NCBI GenBank assembly: GCA_950097015.1
Contig: CATNEN010000034.1
Location: forward strand, 5,332,001 to 5,396,000
Source: Macrostomum hystrix
Lineage: Eukaryota; Animalia; Platyhelminthes
Reading direction: 5' to 3'
DNA length: 64,000 nt
Part shown: positions 47,876 through 60,849 of the stretch, one piece after another
Layout of the letters: each line of letters begins with the position of its first letter
Numbering within the stretch: the first letter of the stretch is position 1
The notes under the pieces: generated by a model
The model's database searches: none
The model's input: the letters and a program-made list of their open reading frames with translations, nothing else
Told to the model about the DNA's origin: nothing
Position numbers and translations under genes: made by a program

Positions 47876-48869
47876 TCTCGAACGAATCTCTAAAGACGGT
47901 TTAGCTTCTCGACTATCAGCAGAGACCTTTGATCTTCTCTCTTCAGGCAGTAACGCGTCAATAGCAACGACCTATAAAAACAAGTGAATTAGAGCATTAG
48001 GTAGCCGACTTACCCATATAGACCATTGTTATAGACGACCATTGGCCAGACTTTGCGAGACAGTCACTTCTGCTCCGCCCTGTCTCCCCGGCGCCAAACT
48101 CTAACCCGGCAACTGCATTTCCCGTCCCCTGTTCCCGTTTAGTTGGGCTTGATTGCAGTCACCTCTGCAACCCAACTGGACACAATATCCACAACCTCCG
48201 CCCACCCGACCATCCTTTTCTTTCAGCACAGTAATTTCCCGAATGAGAACTCATTAATCTCAGGCTAGACTTTGTTTTTTCGTTGCCAGCCTGTCTGCCA
48301 GACACATGAGATTCTGGCTTGAGGCTATGCTTTGAGGGTCATCTAAATTAGTTTTAGGGGCCAATTGGTGCATTATAATCAGCTGCAGAAATCAGTACTC
48401 TCAATGCGTAAACAGTTTTACAGAATTCATTGTTGAGTTCTTTGGATGGGAAAGTGACAGACAGGGCAAGAGTTTGACAGCCAAACTCAATGGATGAGTG
48501 TCTGCTGTTATCGATTAAAACGATGATTACTTGGATGTAGACAGGAAAGTAGTTTTGCCTTGTTTGACTTAAATTCACCAATAGTATAAGCTTAGCAAAT
48601 AGGGTATTCCTAAATTCTTTGCAAATAAGGTAAGCTAGATTACACATTCTCTTTTGGGGCAAATAAAAGAACTCGAAGAAATGGCTCCAGCGCGTCTTCT
48701 TGCCGGCTTGTTACGAAGGAGTAATTCACGACACTCAAAAGTGAATGCAAGTGCACTCTTAATTTTGCGCCAGCCACCACAATTGGATAGTGAAATAGCG
48801 TATCCATTAACTTGTTCTTAAATTAACTTGTCTGAAGATTGTTATGGAGCTATATTATTTGTACTTGAT

Positions 48870-49200
48870 TAAGCCTTGTGGTTGTAGCCTTGTGTTTAAA
48901 GCGTCGGACTCCCGACTTGAAGGTCGGGGGTTCGATTCCTGACTTCACTGTAACAATGTGTGTCCTTTAGCAAGACACTTAACTCTGCGTTGCTTCAGTT
49001 AACCCAGCTGTTAAGTGGGGACCAGCATTAGCTGGGGTGATTGAGGGTGGGTGTGGCGTCCCCACAGTCTGTAACACACTAAAAGTGGGGGGAACGAACC
49101 TCGCGCTGGCAGACCGAGACCGGTTTCTGGCTTGTTTGCCTTCGTCAGTCAGCCATAGCCACACGCCGTCCTCTCCCACCACTCTTAGAGTGCACAGAAG
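48870..49200 (+). mobile_element. SINE family B (tRNA head + CORE-like domain), near full length
   Basis: GGTTCGATTCC B box then GTGTGTCCTTTAGCAAGACACTTAACTC..CAGTTAACCCAGCTGTTAAGTGGG. Confidence 0.75.
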
Positions 49201-51094
49201 TATCTTTTAAGCTTGCCATTTTATGGCGATATTTTTTTAGTGTTATGTGAGAGTTTTGCAGCCATGTCTTCGCTTTTCTACTGTTGTCAGTAGTCTGAAT
49301 TGTATCTCTCACACAGTCCATGGACTGAAAAGCTGTACGCAGCCTTCAGATGCGCCGCGCAGTAGCTGCGGCTGTGCTGTCGGCTGCACATCTATCCCAA
49401 TTGGGGCAGGTGTAATCAATTTGAAATTAACTATTATTGATTAAATTTCTGACTTCTCGATTCCTGGAAAAATTGTTCACCAGACCGATTTTAAGCGAAA
49501 ATAAATTCAGAAGATCTGGCTATTTCAGCTTTACCAAATTCATCTTTTTTATGTAAGACAGCTAGCTACAGTATTAGTAGATCCGTTAGTATCAATTGCG
49601 TCTATATTTCAAGTAAAACCACATTGCGGGAATACGATTGGGCCATAGACATAAATGTGAAATTAGCCAGTATTTTATTGAGCATTTATACTTGTTGCTA
49701 CGAATTTAATCTCTACTACTCGTAGTAGTCGGAATAGTTATTTTCGCTTTAAATAATAAAAGTGAACGACCTTTTATTTATCTGCTTCAATCCCTCTCCT
49801 GCTGATCTTTTTTTGATCAAAGCAGCAAAAATATTTCTGAGAATAATTTCTAGCAGTTTTAATAACGTCTCAAAGTTTCACAGTCAAACACCCTAGGAAC
49901 TGCATGTATAGGAATGGTCCATAAAATACAGGGCCAATTAGGGACCGCTTACTTAACTCAACTAATCACAACTCGCCACAACCAATCAGGAAGATTGGGA
50001 AGAGCTTCGGAAAGTGAAAGTCAATGGGGCTATGAGTTTATAAAATCCATAGCAGTTGTTGCGTTCGTGTATTTCAAATCATGCTGGAATATGCTTGTTT
50101 CTCTACAAACCTTAATAATAAAAAATATCCTGACTGTATAAATTTAATTGTGCGTAAAAGCTCCGTAAGATCTAAACAGGTGAGGTGAGGCCAGAAGCTA
50201 TTATTGTTTTTTGTCATTTCTCTTACCATGACAATTGTAACTATTATAAATTAAAAATATTAACGTTGTTATTATCATTTATTATTTTTATATATAATAG
50301 TTGTTATGTTTTATATAAAATATTAGTTTTTTTCTAAAAAAAAAAATAACGAAATTAAAATATAATAAAAATAATATTTTTATTATAAAATTCACTCAGC
50401 AAGGGTTCTGATTTTTATGATATATATTATATTTAAATCGATCCAATTTAATCGTAATTAAATCGAAAAATATAAACCATTCTAAACTTTTAAAATATAT
50501 ATTCGTTGGTCGATTCATCTCATTATTTTGTATTGCCGTTACTGTATCATCGCATATATCGTATATGCTTATTATATCGTATTGTAGTTTTGTGTCAAAT
50601 TGAAATGACTCAATTGTGTGTTGTAAAACTACACGTATCAGCTGATAATCCCAAATCCCAAAAATCTCATAAAACTGCTTCGAATGGTCCTATGTAAAGT
50701 AGCTTCATTCTTCCGTCAGCAAAGACCCGCGATTCGATCTATACAAGCTCAGTTGCATTGAGCCTTTTTGTTCTCCTTTGTCTCCGCTTAACAGTCAGAC
50801 TCAATGCACTTCAAACAGGATACATGTGAAAAAGCAATCTCTCCGGATCTGTTGCCAAGGAAGCAACTGCATGGGGGTTAAAAAAAGAGGAGAGATGAAA
50901 AATCTCTTCGTTGACTCTCACGACATTACGAGTCCGTCAGGGAAAAATACTATTTTTATGGAAACTCTCAACTTACACGGAAGGCCTTGACTTTAGACTT
51001 TAATTTGAAAAATAGAAAAACTTCTGGTGTTTTATTCAAGCCAATTTGATGGAATTTTACATCCGCTCAGTCGACAAGCGACGTACCTGTTTAG

Positions 51095-51220
51095 TAACTG
51101 GTTAGCGCTATGCATTCGTGACCTAGAAGTCCGGAGTTCACAAAGCCCAGGTGAACTTTGTATCTATGAGCAACACACTTAATTCCCAAGTGCTACACTG
51201 CTTCAGAAATGAATTAAATC
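51095..51220 (+). mobile_element. SINE family B, decayed
   Basis: GGAGTTCA..GAGCAACACACTTAATTCCC. Confidence 0.5.
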
Positions 51221-51509
51221 CTTCGTTAGGTAAAAATTTGGCTAGGTGTGCAGCTCCAGTCCATGGACTGACCGACTGTACACAGCCTAATTAGAAGCAC
51301 CGCAGAGTACGGTTGTGCTTGTACGGTTGACATTAGATGTGGTACAACTGAATTAGGCGTCATGTCTACCCCAGCTATCAATCTATAAACCAAAATGTAC
51401 TCCCTTTGTGTTCTATAACTACAACAATTATTTGTTAACAATTATTAAGTTTAAAAAATAAGTAAACAATGTACCTCACTACACGCTTACTGTGCCTTAC
51501 ATTCCCGAC

Positions 51510-52155
51510 TGTACCAGGCTTCATTCTACCCCAGGCTTCCTTCTACCCCTTCTACCCCAGGCTTCCTTCTACCCCTTCTACCCCAGGCTTCCTTCTACCC
51601 CAGGCTTCTTCTACCCTATGCTTCATTCTACCCCAGGCATCCTTCTACCCCAGGCTTCCTTCTACCCCTAGCATCCTTCTACCCAAGCCTCTTTCTACCC
51701 AAGCCTCTTTCTACCCCAGGCTTCCTTCTACCCCAGGCTTCCTTCTACCGCTAGCATCCTTCTACCCAAGCCTCTTTCTACCCAAGCCTCTTTCTACCCA
51801 AGCCTCTTTCTACCCCAGGCTTCCTTCTACCCCAGGCTTCATTCTACCCCAGGCTTCATTCTACCCCAGGCTTCATTCTACCCCAGGCTTCATTCTACCC
51901 CAGGCTTCATTCTACCCCAGGCTTCATTCTACCCCAGGCTTCCTTCTACCCCAGGCTTCATTCTACCCCAGGCTTCCTTCTACCCCAGGCTTCCTTCTAC
52001 CCCAGGCTTCATTCTACCCCAGGCTTCATTCTACCCCAGGCTTCATTCTACCCCAGGCTTCCTTCTACCCCAGGCTTCATTCTACCCCAGGCTTCCTTCT
52101 ACCCCAGGCTTCATTCTACCCCAGGCTTCATTCTACCCCAGGCTTCCTTCTACTC
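51510..52155. repeat. 17-bp minisatellite CTACCCCAGGCTTC(C/A)TT, array 1
   Basis: Tandem array. Confidence 0.96.
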
Positions 52156-52271
52156 TAGTTTTTTTATGAATTCTGAAAACTTTTAGTCAGGATTAGCTTG
52201 AAAAAAATTTTAAATCGTTCTTACACAAAAAAACTTTTCATATTTCTTTTTCGCACAGAATTCCTTAGCAA

Positions 52272-55200
52272 ATGATTCGTCACAGCTACCAGTCACCTGC
52301 TCATCAGTTTCTGCTTCTCCTGGCTGCTCAAAGTTTTATCTGCTCAGCCAACGCTGCCCTGATTGTCAACAGCGGATTCTCGCTCACCTGCTCAGCGGAT
52401 CAGGCTAGTTCGAATTCTCTGGTGCAGGTTCTGCTCAATGGAGTAGCCGTGTGCAGCACCAGCACTGTGTTCGGTGAGCAGTTTAATATACTGTAATCAT
52501 GATTAATTCTGTGAAGGAGAAGGATGAAGACTCGACTGAAGAGAAATCAGAATTTAGCAATGACAAAACCTAGTTGTGCCAGATATTCAGCCAGTGTAGC
52601 AGCAGCAGCACCAGCTATTAAGGACTGCTTACTCACATCTACTCACGGCTTCCTTCTAACCAAGCCTCTTTCTACCCCAGGAATCCTACTCCAGGCTTCC
52701 TTCTACCCCAGGCGTCCTTCTACCCCAGGCGTCCTTCTACCCCAGGCTTCCTTCTACCCCAGGCGTCCTTCTACCCCAGGCTTCCTTCTACCCCAGGCTT
52801 CCTTCTACCCCAGGCGTCCTTCTACCCCAGGCGTCCTTCTACCCCAGGCTTCCTTCTACCCCAGGCTTCCTTCTACCCCAGGCATCCTTCTACCCCAGGC
52901 TTCCTTCTACCCCAGGCGTCCTTCTACCCCAGGCTTCCTTCTACCCCAGGCTTCCTTCTAACCAAGCCTCTTTCTACCCCAGGCTTCCTTCTAACCCAGG
53001 CTTCCTTCTAACCAAGCCTCTTTCTACCCCAGGCTTCCTTCTACCCCAGGCTTCCTTCTACCCCAGGCGTCCTTCTACCCCAGGCATCCTTCTACCCCAG
53101 GCGTCCTTCTACCCCAGGCTTCCTTCTACCCCAGGCGTCCTTCTACCCCAGGCTTCCTTCTACCCCAGGCTTCCTTCTACCCCAGGCGTCCTTCTACCCC
53201 AGGCGTCCTTCTACCCCAGGCTTCCTTCTACCCCAGGCTTCCTTCTACCCCAGGCATCCTTCTACCCCAGGCTTCCTTCTACCCCAGGCGTCCTTCTACC
53301 CCAGGCTTCCTTCTACCCCAGGCTTCCTTCTAACCAAGCCTCTTTCTACCCCAGGCTTCCTTCTAACCCAGGCTTCCTTCTAACCAAGCCTCTTTCTACC
53401 CCAGGCTTCCTTCTACCCCAGGCTTCCTTCTACCCCAGGCGTCCTTCTACCCCAGGCATCCTTCTACCCCAGGCGTCCTTCTACCCCAGGCGTCCTTCTA
53501 CCCCAGGCTTCCTTCTACCCCAGGCTCCCTCGCTACCCCATTCTACCCCTGCCCTGTGTACAGCTGTTCTGTCCACGGACAGGTGAGGGTGCCACGTCCC
53601 ACTAAAATTTCTACCTTAGCTGATGCTGGTAACCAATTTTATAGCGTGGCGAGCTGAAGAATTTGGGGAATTAAGTGCCCCGCTTAATAGTGGCCCCTAA
53701 ATGAGATTCGAACTCCCGACCTCCTCTCGGCTTGGACTCCTAGTACATGACAGAAACGGTGAGAGAAGCTAAAAACCCGCAGGAAAATGCAACAAAGAAT
53801 CGGCAGTGTGGAACACGGTCTGCGGACTGGATTCCAGTGTGGCAGGCACCATTGACTTGGTTGCCATGCACCGGACTGGGACTGCGGGACTTCAGCAGTT
53901 TCAGCATGAGATTGGCCGCTGTTCCATCACCAATGGTAGCCAGTCTGTCAGCGGCGGATTTCAACAGTGCCGTCTGCGCCTCATCGGGTCATTGAATGTG
54001 TCGGGCATTCTCACCTTCTATTGGACAAGTGAGCTATTTTTTTCACAGCAATCCTTTGTAAAATTTATTTGGTATCTGTCGTAAAGTACATATAACTCAA
54101 GCACTAAAGTGTGTACATCAGCTTGACACCTCGAAACTGTCACCTGACACGCAGACTCTTTGCCGTCTACTCTGTACCGAATCCGCGTCATTGAAGCTCA
54201 GGATATCAAAGGCATGGACAGCTCCGGTGCAAACTCAGACGCCTTTGCCTTGGCAGCCAGCACCGCTTGCAACCCCATTGTGTTTCAGAGCACCGATAAG
54301 GTTACAGGTGAGCTGCATGGCCATCTACTGACTAACACCTGCTCACAGCTTCCTTCTATCCTTGGCTTCCTTCTACCCCAGGCTTCATTCTACCCCAGGA
54401 TTCCATCTACCCCAGGCTTCTATCTACCCCAGGCTTTCTTCTACCCCAGGCTTTCTTCTACCCCAGGATTCCTTCTACCCCAGGCTTCATTCTACCCCAG
54501 GCTTCCTTCTACCCCATGCTTCATTCTACCCCAGGCTTCATTCTACCCCAGGCTTCATTCTATCCCAGACTTCCTTCTACCCCAGGCGTCCTTCTACCCC
54601 AGGCTTCCTTCTACCCCTAGCATCCTTCTACCCAAGCCTCTTTCTACCCAAGCCTCTTTCTACCCCAGGCTTCCTTCTACCCCAGGCTTCCTTCTACCCC
54701 AGGCTTCATTCTACCCCAGGCTTCATTCTACCCCAGGCTTCATTCTACCCCAGGCTTCATTCTACCCCAGGCTTCATTCTACCCCAGGCTTCTATCTACC
54801 CCAGGCTTCTATCTACCCCAGGCTTCCTTCTACCCCAGGCTTCCTTCTACACCAGGCATCATTCTACCCCAGGCTTCATTCTACCCCAGGCTTCATTCTA
54901 TCCCAGGCTTCCTTCTACCCCAGGCTTCCTTCTACACCAGGCTTCCTTCTACCCCAGGCTTCCTTCTACCCCAGGCTTCATTCTACCCCAGGCTTCATTC
55001 TACCCCAGGCTTCATTCTACCCCAGGCTTCCTTCTACCCCATGCTTCATTCTACCCCAGGCTTCATTCTACCCCAGGCTTCATTCTACCCCAGGCTTCAT
55101 TCTACCCCAGGCTTCCATCTACCCCAGGCTTCTATCTACTCCAGGCTTTCTTCTACCCCAGGCTTCCTTCTACCCCAGGCTTGCTTCTACCCCAGGCTTC

Positions 55201-57274
55201 TATCTACTCCAGGCTTTCTTCTACCCCAGGCTTCCTTCTACCCCAGGCTTGCTTCTACCCCAGGCTTCCTTCTACCCCAGTCTTCCTTCTACCCCAGGCT
55301 TCCTTCTCTTTCGACAGACTCGCTGAATCCACTGTGGAACAGCACCCTGGCGCAGCCATTCTCAACAGTCGAACTGCTCCTAGAAGTATTCGATGACGAT
55401 GGCTCGGTTTTTGTGCCGGGCTACCTTGGCTACTGCTGGGTGACCCTGCGACTCGGCGAGGGCAGCTGCTGGCTGAGCAGGCAGGGTGGTCTCAACTACT
55501 CAGTTACCGAGGCTGGCAACGGTGTGTGCTCAAAATCATTATATAACTTTTTGTATTTTAGACAGCATCGCTTTTCATAGTTGCAGCTAAGCATCTGCAC
55601 TTTAGCCTCGTGCCCACCACTGTAGCATTTGCTGGAGTGAAACAGCTAAAACTATGGCGTTGATCTTCAATATCTTTCGCTCTGGCAAAACCTCCCCTTG
55701 TTGAAGGAGGCAAATTTCAATACCTAAAACGAAGGAAAGAAAAATTATTTGGTTTAGTTAAGGCATTCTTGAAGTCTGGTTACTATGGTTACTGGGTACT
55801 CTAAAGCAAAGAGCCAAATAGTGTGAAGTGGTGTCGCTTCTCTTGAAAAAGGATGTACGCAATTTTTGTAGGCCTCCATAGTTTCCTGCCTAACTGGGCA
55901 ATGAATGTAAGGCTTTTGTGAGCAAAAGGAATCTCTGTTAGAATAGCCCGGATCTGAAGCGAAAGCCATTTGTCGAAAAACCATAACCTTCAATCACCCA
56001 CCCCACTCCCTGACTGCCCACCACCTCAGGCTTCAAACCACCCACCCCACTTCCTGACTGCCCACCACCTCAGCCTTCAAACCACCCACCCCACCCCTGA
56101 CTGCCCACCACCTCAGGCTTCAAACCACCCACCCCATGCACTTCCTGACTGCCCACCACCTCAAGCTTCAAACCACCCACCCCTCTCCCTGACTGCCCAC
56201 CACCTCAAGCTTCAAACCACCCACCCCACTGCCTGACTGCCCACCACCTCAAGCTTCAAACCACCCACCCCACTGCCTGACTGCCCACCACCTCAGCCTT
56301 CTAACCACCCACCCCACTCCCTGACTGCCCACCACCCGAGACTTCAAACTACCCACCCCACTCCCTGACTGCCCACCACCTCAACCTTAAAACCACCCAC
56401 TGCCTGCACCAACCAATCATCCAGGCACTTACAAGCTGACTCTCCTGTCCGGATGGGATCTAGAGAACGCCGATTCCAGTTCTAGCGGCGTTTCCGATCC
56501 CTACGTGGTGGCCTCAACAATGGGCTTGTTCTGCGGCGCTACAACCGGAACAATACAAGGTGCGCCTGCTGAGGCTGCGTGCAAGGCTATAAATGAGAGT
56601 ATTTTTATCTCACTTCTACACCTATCAACCGCTATTTTATCTAGACTATTTGAATCCGCGCTGGAACCAGACCCTGCTGGGCCTGTTCGCTGCCAACTGG
56701 TCGATCGATTTCACCCTGTTTGACCGCGACGGCAAGTCAGAGGAGAAGATTGGGTCCTGCGTAAATCAGCAGCTACTAGTTGTTGGGATGCACGTGTGCA
56801 ACATCAGCGGGCAGGGGAACTTCACCTACCAAGTGGAGTCTGCGGAGTTTGTCGTCATCGATTTGACAGCTCACGGTGAGCTTTTCTACGGGTTGGAAAG
56901 TATTGTAACGGACTCCCTCAACCGCTTTCTTGCTCTTTGATTGGCTGCAACCACCGACTCCCCGATATTTTGATTGGTCGCAACAACCCCCTCCGTGAAC
57001 TTCTGATTGGCTGCAGCAAATACTTCCCAGATGTTTTGACTGCTTTTTGTTATACAATCCCCTCCCTAATCCTTTTATTGGCTGCAACAACCCCCCTCCC
57101 TAATCCTTTTATTGGCTGCAACAACCCCCCTCCCTAATCCTTTTATTGGCTGCAACAACCCCCCTCCCTAATCCTTTTATTGGCTGCAACAACCCCCCTC
57201 CCTGATCGTTTGATTGGTTTGCAGGATTTGTGCATCCGGGAATTAAATCTAGCAGTAAGTTTTCAGGTAAATAA
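52272..57274 (+). CDS. Secreted protein with three tandem C2-like domains, 7 exons, ~406 aa
   Basis: Exons 52272-52473, 53783-54028, 54155-54307, 55318-55521, 56425-56559, 56645-56875, 57225-57274; all introns phase 1. Hydrophobic leader FLLLLAAQSFICSANA; C2 motifs IRVIEAQDI..D..G..SDAF / DSLNPLWN / LEVFDDD and GWDLENAD..GVSDPYV / LNPRWNQT / FTLFDRD..EKIG. Last exon less certain. Confidence 0.78.
52660..53545. repeat. 17-bp CTACCCCAGG minisatellite, array 2 (C2 gene intron 1)
   Basis: Tandem array; GGCGTCC variant units common. Confidence 0.96.
53640..53745 (-). mobile_element. SINE family B, decayed
   Basis: Reverse complement GGTCGGGAGTTCGAATCTC..GGGGCACTTAATTCCCC. Confidence 0.55.
54345..55305. 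repeat. 17-bp CTACCCCAGG minisatellite, array 3 (C2 gene intron 3)
   Basis: Tandem array. Confidence 0.96.
55985..56410. repeat. ~42-bp C-rich minisatellite CCACCACCTCAGGCTTCAAACCACCCACCCCACTCCCTGACTGC
   Basis: About 10 copies in intron 4. Confidence 0.93.
56935..57215. repeat. ~35-bp minisatellite TTGGCTGCAACAACCCCCCTCCCTAATCCTTTTA
   Basis: Tandem copies in intron 6. Confidence 0.88.
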
Positions 57275-57438
57275 ATAAAATACTTTTCTTTCTTCAACAG
57301 TTTGTAAAAATTTTGCAATTCGCTCGTAAATTCAATATTCTTCAATAAAAAGTTAATATATAGTATGAACTTACCTGCCTTACTTACTCAGCTAAATTGC
57401 ATCGGGTAGTTACTATGATATATCTGTAGCTTGTAGAG

Positions 57439-57682
57439 CTACTGTGAGTAGTAATAGAGCATTATTTCAACATTTGACAAGAAGAAGACCGAACTGTTTG
57501 TTCTGGTCAGTGGACACTCGCTGACACCTTCCACATAGGCGCTGACTGTGCACTGGCAGATAAAGTCATCACTGGATGCCAATTTTTTTTATCGTACATG
57601 CTGAATGTAAGACTTCCAAAGTTCCAGGTGAGGTGGCTGTTGCAGACATGATTCCAGGTGGCCTCATTGGGCATGCAGTTGT
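57439..57682 (-). pseudogene. C2 second-half terminal exon with a 1-nt frameshift in an A8 run (pseudogene or assembly error)
   Basis: After CCCTGTAG: DNCMPNEATWNHVC..LTFSMYDKK, then in the shifted frame LASSDDFICQCTVSAY..ECPL..YYYSQ*. Confidence 0.55.
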
Positions 57683-57719
57683 CTACAGGGCAGGTAATTC
57701 GTATGTTGCTCATGTGAAG

Positions 57720-58865
57720 TGGAGTTGGGGAGTGGAGTAGAGTGGGGAGTGGAGTAGAGAGTGGAGGAGTGAAGTAGAGTGCGTGAGTTGAGTAGAGAGT
57801 GGGGGAGTGAAGTAGAGTGGGTGAGTTGAGTAGAGAGTGGGGGAGTGAAGTAGAGTGGGTGAGTTGAGTAGAGAGTGGGGAAGTGAAGTAGAGTGGGTGA
57901 GTCGAGTAGAGAGTTGGGGAGTGGAGTAGACAGGGTAGTAGCTAGAGGGTAGTAGTAGACAGAGTAGTAGCTAGAGGGGAGTAGTAGACAAGGTAGTAGT
58001 TAGAGGGGAGTAGTAGACAGAGTAGTAGCTACATGGGAGTAGTAGACAGAGTAGTAGCTAGATGGGAGTAGTAGACAGAGTAGTAGCTAGAGGGGAGTAG
58101 TAGACAAGGTAGTAGTTAGAGGGGAGTAGTAGACAGAGTAGTAGCTAGTGGGGAGTAGTAGACAGAGTAGTAGCTAGATGGGAGTAGTAGACAGAGTAGT
58201 AGCTAGATGGGAGTAGTAGACAGAGTAGTTGCTAGCTAGATGGGAGTAGTAGACAGAGTAGTAGCTAGATGGGAGTAGTAGACAGAGTAGTAGCTAGATG
58301 GGAGTAGTAGACAGGGTAGTATCTTGAGGGGAGTAGTAGACAGAGTAGTAGCTAGATGGGAGTAGTAGACAGAGTAGTAGCTAGATGGAGTAGTAGACAG
58401 AGTAGTGGCTAGATGGGAGTAGTAGACAGAGTAGTTGCTAGCTAGATGGGAGTAGTAGACAGAGTAGTAGCTAGATGGGAGTAGTAGACAGAGTAGTAGC
58501 TAGATGGGAGTAGTAGACAGAGTAGTAGCTAGATGGGAGTAGTAGACAGAGTAGTAGCTAGATGGGAGTAGTAGACAGAGTAGTAGCTAGATGGGAGTAG
58601 TAGACAGAGTAGTAGCTAGATGGGAGTAGTAGACAGAGTAGTAGCTAGATGGGAGTAGTAGACAGAGTAGTAGCTAGATGGGAGTAGTAGACAGAGTAGT
58701 AGCTAGATGGGAGTAGTAGACAGAGTAGTAGCTAGATGGGAGTAGTAGACAGAGTAGTAGCTAGATGGGAGTAGTAGACAGAGTAGTAGCTAGATGGGAG
58801 TAGTAGACAGAGTAGTAGCTAGATGGGAGTAGTAGACAGAGTAGTAGCTAGAGGGGAGTAGTAGC
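57720..58865. repeat. Purine-rich minisatellites (~29-bp GTAGTAGACAGAGTAGTAGCTAGATGGGA, preceded by GAGTGGGGAGTGAAGTAGA-type units)
   Basis: Tandem arrays. Confidence 0.95.
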
Positions 58866-59284
58866 AGAATCTAGCAGAATTGTGATTGAGTTTACGGGCG
58901 CCGAAAAGTCATAAAAGTTGTTGCTTTCCAAGATGTTAAGAAGCGGTATATAAAAAATCCGAACTGCCAGGAGCTTTCAATCAAACACTGACAATCGATC
59001 ATTCCATACAAATAAGTAAATATTAAATATAAATTTTTTTCCAGAAGCACAAATAAAAAACCTGTCAGTTTAACTGCATGACACATCTGTATCCGCGATT
59101 CCTGTATGCAAAATAAATGACAAAATATTAGCTTTGATAGATTCAAACGTGACTGCTCGAAATTGACAGTTGCATGTCGACTTGAAAGACTCTGAATTGC
59201 TACCAGTACTTTAAGTTATAATTTACCGTCTGCTATGTTATTCATTGAAGATGCTATCGTGCTATTCATGCATTCATTCAAACA

Positions 59285-60090
59285 TATAGAGACAGTAGGT
59301 CAGTCAATCATGCAGAGACAGTGGGTCGCACATAGAGACAGTGGGTCACCTATAGAGATAGTGGGTCACCCATTGAGACAGTGGGTCACACATAGAGACA
59401 GTGGGTCACACATAGAGACAGTGGGTCACACATAGAGACAGTGGGTCACACATAGAATTTGTGGGTCACCCATAGATAAAGTGGGTCACCCATAGAAATA
59501 GTGGGTCACCCATAGAAATAGTGGGTCACCCATAGAAACAGTGGGTCACCCATAGAAATAGTGGGTCACCCATAGATAAAGTAGGTCACCCATAGATAAA
59601 GTGGGTCACCCATAGAGACAGTGGGTCACCCATAGAAACAGTGGGTCACCCATAGAAATAGTGGGTCACCCATAGATAAAGTGGGTCACCCATAGATAAA
59701 GTGGGTCACCCATAGAGATAGTGGGTCACCCATAGAAATAGTGGGTCACCCATAGATAAAGTGGGTCACCCATAGTGACAGTGGGTCACCCATAGAGATA
59801 GTGGGTCACACACAGAGATAGTGGGTCACCCATAGAAATTGTGGGTCACCCATAGATAAAGTGGGTCACCCATAGAAATAGTGGGTCACCCATAGATAAA
59901 GTGGGTCACCCATAGAAATTGTGGGTCACCCATAGATAAATTGGGTCACCCATAGAGACAGTGGGTCACCCATAGATAAAGTGGGTCACCCATAGAAATA
60001 GTGGGTCACCCATAGATAAAGTGGGTCACCCATAGAAATTGTGGGTCACCAATAGATAAATTGGGTCACCCATAGAGACAATGGGTCACC
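59285..60090. repeat. 20-bp minisatellite GTGGGTCACCCATAGA(G/A/T)A(C/T/A)A
   Basis: About 40 tandem copies. Confidence 0.96.
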
Positions 60091-60849
60091 GATGTTTTGA
60101 AATTTAAAGGAATCGAAACGTATTTAAAGAATTGGAAAGCAATGGAGTAAAACGAAATGAGAGGAGAGGTATGGTATGGATTGAAAGGGAAATGAACAAG
60201 ATGGAACTCATGCACTTTTATTGATAAAGTATATCTTTTTTCTGCTTTTGTCAATCTATTCCGTCAAAAATTTTGTTGGAATTCTCAAATTTCGCAACCC
60301 ATTAGTAAAACAAACACAGTGCGTTAGATCAAAACTTGTTTAAACAAAATCTAAAAATACTGGTAAAAGCTTGTTTACCTAATAAATGTGCCCATTCAGT
60401 AAGCATCAAGCTTGCGTCGATAAAAAGTACAACAATTTTAAGAACTATCGCGAATAAAAAAATGGAATTATTAAAACAAAAAGCCGTGAGTAACTCAGCT
60501 CTTTATTGGTGTATTTGTGCTTGCATGATATGACAATAACTTTCCTAGGTCATGATGCAGACAATAAACAGTATTTATTAGTCAGTAGATCATATCATTT
60601 CTCGTTTCTCGTATTCTATATCGATTGTATTTCTCTGTTGGTTGCACAGTATATGAGTTCTATTTACAGGTTTATTGCATCAGCAACAGCAACATCTCTG
60701 AACTGTTCAGCAGGCTTGGAGTCTGGTAAAAAATTCTCACCTTCTTAACTTACCTTTGGATTAAACAATGCCAAATCCTTGGTATCGAATTGTATAAAAC
60801 CAATACAGTTATCGCTAAATAAATCAAGACAGTGGATTTAAAATGTGGA

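Noticed and set aside
48014-48042. Upstream coding exon for the DEG/ENaC gene
   Set aside because: ATG frames end in phase 1 or 2 at the GTAAGT donor, but the 47971 acceptor needs phase 0; at most a 5'UTR exon.
48875-48950. Possible tRNA gene
   Set aside because: A/B boxes present but no clean cloverleaf, and it runs into a CORE-like SINE body.
51469-55396. PQASFYPR-repeat ORFs (229, 145, 388, 344 aa)
   Set aside because: 17-bp satellite; only the embedded C2 exons have splice signals and protein motifs.
60066-60254. Possible C2 first-half exon (KRYTLSIKVHEF..)
   Set aside because: Lacks the D..G.SDPY motif and a phase-1 donor; AT-rich and could be chance.
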